From the NCBI GenBank assembly GCA_004292675.1, contig RDXO01000014.1:34313-98312 (forward strand): 64,000 nucleotides of DNA, in the 5' to 3' direction. A model generated the notes under the pieces. That model saw nothing but the letters and a program-made list of their open reading frames with translations, was not told the origin of the DNA and ran no database searches. Positions 56,651-64,000 of this stretch are shown here, in pieces. A program made the position numbers and the translations under genes. Each line of letters starts with the position of its first letter. The first letter of the stretch is position 1. The stretch comes from Alphaproteobacteria bacterium. GTDB taxonomy: Bacteria > Pseudomonadota > Alphaproteobacteria > Rickettsiales > UBA998.

Positions 56651-59600
56651 ATGACACAAAAACAGCTATTTACGATGCACGACATCCAAGCATCCTTTTC
56701 CAAAAGCACCATCAGCAAGGGGCGTGATTATGCCTATGGTGGATTGGTAGAAAATATGCGCTGGACAAGCGACAATGCAATCACGGCAGAGGTGCAAGGC
56801 ACATCGGCGCGCCCGTATGATGTGGAACTCGTAGTCATAGAACGCGATGGACGCTCTTATATTAGTAGCGAATGTAGCTGCCCTGTGGGACATCAATGCA
56901 AACATGGTGCAGCGACTGCACTTGAGGCAGTGCAAGAATTGGGAAAAGAAGTGATCCAACGCTTTATTCCTGAATCACCGCTCATTGATATGCTGGCAAT
57001 GACGCTGCCCCGCATAGTACCCACGGCAAAGCCCTATAGCCCCGTTGAACAATGGCTTCATTCCTTAGAGACTCCATCGTCTGACGTTATCGTGCCGCCT
57101 AATGCAACGAAGCAGGTCATATATCTCATTGAACCACCCATCAGAAATGAAGCATTTCGTATCTCTCCTCTTAGTGTCACGATATTGAAATCAGGCACAT
57201 TCAGCAAAAGTACGAGCTATTACAATGCGGAAAAACTGAATCATTATAAAGTAGCGTCTTTTATCACTGAAGAAGACACCGCATTACTACGCATGATCGA
57301 TGCCTTTACCGATGCACATTATGCGCAAACACAATTTACTATACCGTGTGGGAAAAAAGCCAATCTTATCCTAGAGCTGGCAATGAACACAAGGCGTTGC
57401 TATGCTGGTGCGCTTGATAATCCTGCACATAGCTTGCATTATGGCGAACCGTTGCAAGGTATGATTGCATGGAACATTCACGCAGATGGTTCGCAAAAAA
57501 CACAGCTTACGTCACGCAATAATACTGCCTCGTTGCAGCCATTAGGATTAGAGCCGTTGCATTATTTATGTGCGGCTACCCGTACTATTGGCATATTAGA
57601 AACAGAGTTGCATCCGAAACAGTTTTTGGCGTTATATCATGCCCCCGCCGTTCCCGCAGAACAGATTGAGCATGTGCGCCAAAAAATGAGCCAAATAATT
57701 CCCGATGCAGCGGAACATCTATTGCCTCAGGCGGTGGATGTGCAGCGTATCATGGGAACACCTATACCCACACTCACCCTTGGTGCGGTTAAAGCGCAAC
57801 CGATCAAACAAAATAGTTGGGGACAGACGAAACCGAACGGTGCGCCATGTGAATTGGCAACAGCAGAATTAGCCTTCACCTATGAGGGAAAACGCTTTGC
57901 ATGGCAAGATAGTATCACAGAATTTACACGTATGCATCAAGGTGTCGCACATATTATAGGCAGAAATCCACAAGAAGAACAACGCTTTGAGAAGCAATTA
58001 GCCGCCGCAGCGATTCAGATAGCGTTGCATGATATGGCGCAACATTATCAGACCCATTCAGCCCATGCCTATAAACGTATTATCACCAATAAGCACGGGG
58101 TGGCGCACGCAAACAAAGAGGTAGATGCGCAGTGGCGGCATGTGATGCAGAACATCATCCCGCAACTCAAAGAACAAGGCTGGAAGATTCGCATCGAGAA
58201 GGATTTTCCTTATAATATTATTGAAGCGGATGATGCATGGTACGCAGAAATCGATGAATCGGCACAGCCCCACAAAGGTAGCGGGATCGATTGGTTTGGC
58301 TTGGAGTTGGGGATTCATGTCGATGGTGAAAAGATGAACCTCGTGCCTATTTTGCTGAAGTTGCTTGAACATCAAAAAGATATATTTGATGTGATTGCCA
58401 CGCTTCCGCAGGGAGAACCTCTGATCATTCCTCTAGCTGATGGCAGAAGGCTTGCTTTGCCTGCACCGCGAGCGCAGATGGTATTGCAGACGCTGCACAA
58501 TCTTTTTCATGGGGAGCGTCTCAACAAAAGCGGGCAACTCACCCTACAACACACCGATGCCGCCTTATTGGCGGAAATGCACGCTGCTATGGAATCCGTA
58601 TCCTTGCGCTGGATTGGTGGTGAAAAATTACGCATGATTGGGGAACGCTTACGCAATTTCAAAGAAATCACCCCCGTTCAGCCTCCTGCAACATTTCAAG
58701 GTACATTGCGCCCCTATCAACAAGAGGGATTAAGCTGGATGCAATTCCTACGATCCTATGATTTAGCAGGTATTCTTGCTGATGATATGGGGCTTGGAAA
58801 AACCGTGCAACTTCTTGCACATATCGCCACGGAAAAAGCCGAAGGTCGCCTAACCCATCCTTTTCTGATTCTTGCCCCCACCAGCCTTATGGGGAATTGG
58901 CGTAGAGAAGCGCAGAAATTTGCGCCCTCTCTTTCGGTGCTGGTATCGCACGGATCGGAACGTAAAGAACAATTTGATCGCATAGCGGATCATGATATTG
59001 TGCTAACAACCTATCCATTGCTCCCACGTGATAAAGACACATTGCTCACGCATCAGTTTCATACGATTGTGCTTGATGAAGCGCAAACCATCAAAAATGC
59101 GCGTGCCAAGATTACCCAAATTGCCCTACAGTTGAAATCACAGCATCGTCTTTGTTTGACGGGAACACCACTTGAGAATCATTTAGGGGAACTTTGGTCT
59201 TTGTTTAATTTTCTTCTCCCGGGTTATTTAGGGGATACGCGAACCTTCACCTCATTATTTAGAAATCCTATTGAAAAAGAAAAGGATAGAGAAAAATCAC
59301 TGTCACTTTCACGCAAAGTACAACCATTTATCTTACGACGCACCAAGCAGGATGTTGCCACAGAATTACCACCAAAAACCGAAAGCATTCGCATTATTGA
59401 ACTGGAAGGCGAGCAGCGCGATCTCTATGAAACGATCCGCACCGCGATGCATGAAAAAGTGCAAGCAGAAATTGCGACGAAAGGCTTGAACAAAAGCCAT
59501 ATTATTGTCTTGGATGCCTTATTAAAATTGCGTCAAACATGCTGTGATCCTAGCCTTCTTGCGAGCGTGGAGGCAGCAAAAAAAGTCAAAGAATCCGCAA

Positions 59601-60118
59601 AGCGCACCGCCTTATTGGAAATGTTGATTCCTATGGTGGAAGAAGGGCGAAAAATCTTACTCTTTTCGCAATTTACCAGTATGTTGGATATTATCATAAA
59701 AGACTTAAAAGCACATGCCATTCCGTATGTGACGATTACGGGCAAGACAAAAGATCGTGAAACTCCCATCAAGCAATTTCAAGAGGGCGATGTGCCACTC
59801 TTTTTGATTAGCTTAAAAGCAGGTGGCGTTGGGTTAAATCTTACCGCAGCAGATACGGTTATCCATTATGATCCATGGTGGAATCCTGCAGCGGAAATGC
59901 AAGCAACGGATCGCGCTTACCGTATTGGGCAAGATAAACCTGTGTTTGTGTATAAACTCATCACTGCCAATACTGTAGAAGAAAAAATACTTCATATGCA
60001 GGAGCATAAGCGTGCATTGATGGATGGATTATTTGATCCCTCACATAAAAGTGCGGCACACCTCACCACAGAAGATATTAGCATACTCTTTGAACCACTT
60101 GTCGCACCGAATGGTTGA
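56651..60118 (+). CDS. SNF2-family helicase with N-terminal SWIM zinc finger
   Basis: 1155 aa. The SWIM finger is CSCPVGHQCKHGAA. It has DDMGLGKT (motif I), LDEAQTIKN (motif II) and QATDRAYRIGQ (motif VI). Confidence 0.9.
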   Translation: MTQKQLFTMHDIQASFSKSTISKGRDYAYGGLVENMRWTSDNAITAEVQGTSARPYDVELVVIERDGRSYISSECSCPVGHQCKHGAATALEAVQELGKEVIQRFIPESPLIDMLAMTLPRIVPTAKPYSPVEQWLHSLETPSSDVIVPPNATKQVIYLIEPPIRNEAFRISPLSVTILKSGTFSKSTSYYNAEKLNHYKVASFITEEDTALLRMIDAFTDAHYAQTQFTIPCGKKANLILELAMNTRRCYAGALDNPAHSLHYGEPLQGMIAWNIHADGSQKTQLTSRNNTASLQPLGLEPLHYLCAATRTIGILETELHPKQFLALYHAPAVPAEQIEHVRQKMSQIIPDAAEHLLPQAVDVQRIMGTPIPTLTLGAVKAQPIKQNSWGQTKPNGAPCELATAELAFTYEGKRFAWQDSITEFTRMHQGVAHIIGRNPQEEQRFEKQLAAAAIQIALHDMAQHYQTHSAHAYKRIITNKHGVAHANKEVDAQWRHVMQNIIPQLKEQGWKIRIEKDFPYNIIEADDAWYAEIDESAQPHKGSGIDWFGLELGIHVDGEKMNLVPILLKLLEHQKDIFDVIATLPQGEPLIIPLADGRRLALPAPRAQMVLQTLHNLFHGERLNKSGQLTLQHTDAALLAEMHAAMESVSLRWIGGEKLRMIGERLRNFKEITPVQPPATFQGTLRPYQQEGLSWMQFLRSYDLAGILADDMGLGKTVQLLAHIATEKAEGRLTHPFLILAPTSLMGNWRREAQKFAPSLSVLVSHGSERKEQFDRIADHDIVLTTYPLLPRDKDTLLTHQFHTIVLDEAQTIKNARAKITQIALQLKSQHRLCLTGTPLENHLGELWSLFNFLLPGYLGDTRTFTSLFRNPIEKEKDREKSLSLSRKVQPFILRRTKQDVATELPPKTESIRIIELEGEQRDLYETIRTAMHEKVQAEIATKGLNKSHIIVLDALLKLRQTCCDPSLLASVEAAKKVKESAKRTALLEMLIPMVEEGRKILLFSQFTSMLDIIIKDLKAHAIPYVTITGKTKDRETPIKQFQEGDVPLFLISLKAGGVGLNLTAADTVIHYDPWWNPAAEMQATDRAYRIGQDKPVFVYKLITANTVEEKILHMQEHKRALMDGLFDPSHKSAAHLTTEDISILFEPLVAPNG

Positions 60119-60123
60119 TGTTT

Positions 60124-60196
60124 GTCATGCTTGGCATAAGGCAGGCATCCAGTACAATAATTCTAACTGGACTCCTGCCTTCGCAGGAGTGACGAG
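60124..60196. repeat. Family B double-hairpin element (B2)
   Basis: gtcatgcttggcataaggcaggcatccag..ggactcctgccttcgcaggagtgacgag. The first stem is degenerate and the second is intact. Confidence 0.75.
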
Positions 60197-60205
60197 TATA
60201 ATAAG

Positions 60206-60241
60206 ATGTCACTTCAAGGACTTAATTCCTTGAAGTGACAT
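60206..60241. terminator. Perfect 15-bp hairpin between convergent genes (possible bidirectional terminator)
   Basis: ATGTCACTTCAAGGA (60206-60220) pairs with TCCTTGAAGTGACAT (60227-60241). There is no clear U-tract on either side. Confidence 0.35.
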
Positions 60242-60252
60242 GGGCGTAACCA

Positions 60253-61671
60253 CTAACGCCCTTTTCCGGCTTTATAAAAGCCTTTATTATGGTCATAGTT
60301 GGTATTATCAGTCAGCATTTGATCGGCATTGTCAGAACCAATGAGTGTACCACCTTGGACTTTGCCATGCCCTGTTTCACGCAATGCTTCACTGAGTGTT
60401 TCAAATTGATAGCCTTCTTGGCGTAATTGTGGCACGAATGCTTCAAGTTTCTGCACCACGGTGAGTTCATTGCCATCACCACGGAATGCATCATTTTTGT
60501 GAGGGAAACGCGGATCATTGGCGGGTAAATCTGCATTATGCATCAAGACATTGCTACGCCCTGCACGGATGCCAGCCAAAGCATCTGCTCCAAGTGCTGC
60601 ACCACTTTTGGTTTTATAATCCTCGGTATCCAAATCCCACATGGCAATCGCAAGCCCTTCTTCTGAAAGTATGCGCTGATAACGCTCATTGACAATTCCT
60701 CCTGGTGGACGGAATAGGGCAACATTATAATCAGGGAATTCCTCGCGCACAAGGTCGGTTAAGAATTTCTTTGAGTCTTGTACATCTTTACGGATGACAC
60801 TATCAGGTTTATCAGCAAGCGCATAATCGTGATTGGTGCTGTGTAATCCCACTTCATGCCCTTCACGTACCATACGTTTGATCAATTCACGTTTAGTGGG
60901 GTTATCAATCGTATCTGTGGTGATGAAGAAGGTGGCTTTGGCGTTATGTTTTTTCAAGAAATCCAATAAGTCTTTGGTGGCTTCCTCGCCTTTTGTTCCT
61001 TCTCCCATGATGCCATCATCAAAAGAAAGCTGCACATCTTTTTCACTTGTTCCGACTAAATTAATACGATCCGCTGGGTTTGCCCCTGCGATCACTTTAA
61101 TGGTTTGCGCAGCATCGGATGCTTGGCGTGCTACATCTGGGGTTACGCCTTGCGGTTTGGCAGGAGCAGCCGGAGTTGTGGTTTGCGTAGCTTGAGGTTG
61201 CGCAGCTTGAGTTTGTGTAGGTTGGTTTGGGGCAGCTTGAGTTTGTGCGGGGGCATTAGGCGGATATTTTTCATTCACATAGGCAGTTAATGCCTCTTTA
61301 TGTTGGGGGAACGTATTGATAAGTCTTTGAGTCATTAAAATATAGGCTTCATCTAATTTTTTTGCAACTTCAGGAGAAAGATTAGGGCGTTCCTTCACTA
61401 TTTCTTGGTGCATACCCTTCATAAAACTCTCAATAGTTGATTTTGCCTGCTCCAATGACGCTTTAGAGGGTTCTTGAATGGCAGACAATAATTTTTCAAA
61501 AATAGGTGCTGCCCTATCCACGGCGTTTTGTGTTTCCGCGCTAGGTTTGGCTGGAGTAGTTTGCAGTGTTGGAGCGGGTGGTTGTGCCGTTTCTGGTTGC
61601 GGTTGTTGCCCCCCCATCATGGTGGTGAACATGTTCGCTATCCATTGCATAAATTGAGTGAACCATTCCAT
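60253..61671 (-). CDS. Polysaccharide deacetylase (NodB homology domain) with a long unique N-terminal region
   Basis: 472 aa. The NodB motifs are LSFDDG, HSTNH and FRPPGG in the C-half. The N-half is helical with a Q/T/P/A-rich repeat. No classical signal peptide is visible. Confidence 0.8.
   Translation of the reverse strand: MEWFTQFMQWIANMFTTMMGGQQPQPETAQPPAPTLQTTPAKPSAETQNAVDRAAPIFEKLLSAIQEPSKASLEQAKSTIESFMKGMHQEIVKERPNLSPEVAKKLDEAYILMTQRLINTFPQHKEALTAYVNEKYPPNAPAQTQAAPNQPTQTQAAQPQATQTTTPAAPAKPQGVTPDVARQASDAAQTIKVIAGANPADRINLVGTSEKDVQLSFDDGIMGEGTKGEEATKDLLDFLKKHNAKATFFITTDTIDNPTKRELIKRMVREGHEVGLHSTNHDYALADKPDSVIRKDVQDSKKFLTDLVREEFPDYNVALFRPPGGIVNERYQRILSEEGLAIAMWDLDTEDYKTKSGAALGADALAGIRAGRSNVLMHNADLPANDPRFPHKNDAFRGDGNELTVVQKLEAFVPQLRQEGYQFETLSEALRETGHGKVQGGTLIGSDNADQMLTDNTNYDHNKGFYKAGKGR
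61181..61250. repeat. Imperfect ~30-bp tandem repeat inside the deacetylase gene (encodes the Q/T/P/A-rich linker)
   Basis: gcagcttgagtttgtg occurs at 61202-61217 and 61232-61247, with a related gcgtagcttgaggttgc at about 61185. Confidence 0.5.
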
Positions 61672-61870
61672 AATGCTTTTTCCTTATTGTTAGTAGTCTA
61701 TATTGATCTTATCTATACTCTTGTAATGTTTCAATTTTATGACAAAAACAAAAAAAAATGAGATAGAATATTCTACCTCATTTTTTAAGCGTATCAAGGA
61801 TACAAAGGTACTGAATGCATGGCATCAGAACCTAGTGATGAGAGAGCCGTAGCTCTCTCGGGTTTAATCA

Positions 61871-62422
61871 TCAGAACGGGCGTTCATCGATCACTTCGGG
61901 TTCACCAATGAAGGCGTTGCCGAACTGGCTTTCCATCAGGCGAGCGAAAATTGCTGCACGTTCACGAGACGTGAAGGATGCAACAAAAATGCGCCGACCC
62001 TCAGATCCAACAAACGCATCATGACAGAAACGATCCTGCACGACGTTCAAGTTTGAACTGGTGTAGCGAATCTGCACAGGGTAAATGGTTACCAGATATG
62101 CAGAAGCACGCGTAGGCAACTTATCTCCGCACGTAGCACGTGGAAAATAGGATTGCAGCGGTTGCGATGCTGGCAGTTGCTGAACAGGAGGAGGAGTTGC
62201 AGGTTGTTGATTTTGCCCCCCTGTTTGAGCTAACCAAATCAGATAGCGAACAAGTTCGTTACCTAATTGTTGCCTCACGCCATACCAAAACGGATCTTCT
62301 TGCTGAGCCACTATGACAGGTTGCGGGTTTGCAACAACGACTTCAGGCACAACACCGACGAACCGACAACTAAAGAAGCCAAGAAACCACCGACTGCATG
62401 TTTGATAGACATGATGAATCAC
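61871..62422 (-). CDS. Hypothetical protein, possible SPOR-like C-terminus, N-terminus uncertain
   Basis: 183-aa ORF from GTG 62422. An alternative ATG at 62412 in another frame encodes a signal-peptide-like 33-aa peptide. The C-terminal RIFVASFTSRERAAIFARLMESQFGNAFI has a SPOR-like pattern. Confidence 0.4.
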   Translation of the reverse strand: MIHHVYQTCSRWFLGFFSCRFVGVVPEVVVANPQPVIVAQQEDPFWYGVRQQLGNELVRYLIWLAQTGGQNQQPATPPPVQQLPASQPLQSYFPRATCGDKLPTRASAYLVTIYPVQIRYTSSNLNVVQDRFCHDAFVGSEGRRIFVASFTSRERAAIFARLMESQFGNAFIGEPEVIDERPF

Positions 62423-62691
62423 CGTTGTTTTATAGAGTGTACAAACACTGAAAGCTGAATGATGAAAAACATAATCCAGCGAATGAGCGGACTCTCATAA
62501 TGCTATGAGAGGTACAGAATCCATGAAGTTATGATTGCGGGGCAATATAAAAACATGAATCAAGGTACGCCTTGAACTATTACACACACACATCTTGTCA
62601 ATAGTTTTTTTTGATATTTTGTGATTTTTTTCATCGGTTTTGGATAAGCAAAAAATAACTCTTTGTTTTGTATTGATAAGTATTATAATGT

Positions 62692-62782
62692 GTCATGCCT
62701 GCATAGGCAGGCATCTAGTAACAATAATAGTTTATGGATACCAGTCTTCGCTGGTATGACGAGGGCTGAGAGTTATGCAGAA
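62692..62782. repeat. Family B element, variant with an ATACCAG second hairpin (B3)
   Basis: gtcatgcctgcataggcaggcatctag..ggataccagtcttcgctggtatgacgagggctgagagttatgcagaa. Confidence 0.75.
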
Positions 62783-62792
62783 CACCTTACCA

Positions 62793-62880
62793 CCCTTCAC
62801 ATTATTGTAAATATTGCACGCTATGCATTCGGTCTTATGCTCCCCCCACCCAATCATATCTCATGAGGGGGTAGTGACGA
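62793..62880. repeat. Family C element, short (internally deleted) form, C2
   Basis: cccttcacattattgtaaatattgcacgctatgcattcggtcttatgctccccccacccaatcat matches the reverse complement of both flanks of C1. It lacks roughly 70-80 nt of C1's interior. Confidence 0.7.
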
Positions 62881-62916
62881 ATTTTTTGTTTTGATCCCCA
62901 AAAAAAGCAACAGAAC

Positions 62917-63201
62917 CTATGAGCGCACCGATCCTTCTTTGATCCCTTCTTTTATCATGTCGGTGAAGATATAACGTACATGATCTTCAGGGCGAATTTT
63001 CCCTGATCCTATGGCAGCAATGCCCGCTTGGATCATACGTTCTGTTGGTTGCGTCGGCATAAAAGTGAGGTTTGCCGCTTTTAATGCCTGCATAACCGCG
63101 TTAGCTTGCTTGCTATAATCCTCAAAGAAGTAGGATTTATCCGCTTCTTGGATTGCTTTTGCGATAATCTTCTGTATAGATGGAGGGGATGACTGATTCA
63201 T
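62917..63201 (-). CDS. Hypothetical small protein
   Basis: 94-aa ORF with no recognised motif. Confidence 0.4.
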   Translation of the reverse strand: MNQSSPPSIQKIIAKAIQEADKSYFFEDYSKQANAVMQALKAANLTFMPTQPTERMIQAGIAAIGSGKIRPEDHVRYIFTDMIKEGIKEGSVRS

Positions 63202-63260
63202 TATGATATATAATAAGTAGGAATGGTCAAAAAAATACTAACAAAATATGAGTTTTAGCT

Positions 63261-64000
63261 ATGAATGTGCTTTCCCGCGCCCCGCGCATTGGTATTACGA
63301 TGGATCATGAAACCACGGCTTCTTATTCGCGCTATCCGTGGTACGCGCTGCGAGAAAATTATTGCAGCTCTATTGCGCAATCAGGGGGAGTACCCTTGCC
63401 GATTCCTCATGAACGTGCGTTGGTGGAAACCTATCTTGATATGATCGACGGGCTAGTGATTACGGGCGGGAATTTTGATGTATCACCTGCGCTCTATGGG
63501 CAAGAAATTGCAAGCGATACGGTATCTATGAAAGATAATCGAACCCTATGTGAATATGCACTGGTGCAAGGAGCATTGGCGCGATCCATGCCTATTTTTG
63601 GGATATGTGGCGGGCAGCAACTGCTTAATGTGGTGCTTGGGGGGACGCTGATCCAGCATATACCCGATGCGATTGCACAGCCACTTGCGCATGAACAACC
63701 TAATCCACGCCATGAAGCGGGGCATGTTGTGAATTTTGTGGAAGATAGTATGTTGGCGCGCATTGCTGGGTGCATTCAGACTCCTGTCAATAGTGCGCAT
63801 CATCAAGCGGTGGATGTAGTCGCGCCTAGGGTACGCGTCAATGCCTATGCCCCCGATGGGGTGATTGAAGGCATTGAACTGCCCGATCATCCTTTTTGTT
63901 TGGGTGTGCAGTGGCATCCTGAATTCTTTATCAGCGAGGTGGATCATAAGCTCTATAGTGCGTTTATTGAAGCTGCAAAAATCTATGGTGGAAATATTAG
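63261..64000 (+). CDS. Class I glutamine amidotransferase, peptidase C26 / gamma-glutamyl-GABA hydrolase-like (3' end beyond the window)
   Basis: This ORF is not in the ORF track because it runs off the right edge. My translation is MNVLSRAPRIGITMDHE..GLVITGGNFDV..MPIFGICGGQQLLNV..GVQWHPEF (Cys nucleophile and His-Pro-Glu motifs). Confidence 0.85.
   Translation, partial: MNVLSRAPRIGITMDHETTASYSRYPWYALRENYCSSIAQSGGVPLPIPHERALVETYLDMIDGLVITGGNFDVSPALYGQEIASDTVSMKDNRTLCEYALVQGALARSMPIFGICGGQQLLNVVLGGTLIQHIPDAIAQPLAHEQPNPRHEAGHVVNFVEDSMLARIAGCIQTPVNSAHHQAVDVVAPRVRVNAYAPDGVIEGIELPDHPFCLGVQWHPEFFISEVDHKLYSAFIEAAKIYGGNI

Noticed and set aside
56651-60118. The SNF2 helicase as part of a DISARM-like or other defence island.
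   Set aside because: None of the expected partner genes (methyltransferase, DrmA/DrmB-like, PLD nuclease) are in the neighbourhood. The flanks are scoAB and a deacetylase.

Overview
This 64-kb chromosomal segment looks alphaproteobacterial. Supporting genes are petABC (bc1 complex), ctaA, an ALA-synthase-type hemA, a long-linker FtsZ, a CobT-like vWA protein, a 661-aa ParE, SelO, ScoAB and a long-form SerA/SerC. The genome looks compact and possibly host-associated, but I cannot place it more precisely from sequence alone. I call about 57 protein-coding genes. Most are housekeeping genes in tightly packed, often translationally coupled operons. By eye I found no rRNA, tRNA, CRISPR array, transposase, integrase or phage genes. 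Nearly every larger intergenic gap holds short hairpin-forming dispersed repeats, which I group into four families. Family A has CTATAGCAC termini. Family B is a double-hairpin GTCATGCCTGC.. element. Family C is a roughly 200-nt multi-hairpin element with a deletion derivative. Family D is a 149-bp MITE-like element with terminal inverted repeats that supplies the last codons and stop of two unrelated genes. Small accessory islets sit between the housekeeping blocks. The candidates I think most deserve a second look are these. (1) 20992-22255: a tandem pair of papain-fold enzymes, one PLAAT/LRAT-like and one transglutaminase-like, that share a roughly 50-aa C-terminal tail inside a repeat-bracketed islet. 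(2) 41873-43864: an overlapping three-gene operon of a PAS-like protein, an unknown protein and a patatin phospholipase. (3) 48381-49949: a cytochrome b enlarged by two insertions carrying extra hydrophobic helices and four cysteines. (4) 36667-38004: a stand-alone heme-copper-oxidase-like membrane protein divergent from ctaA-hemA. (5) 30937-32400 and 51334-52932: orphan gene pairs. All functional calls rest on motifs read by eye from the translations. No database search was run.
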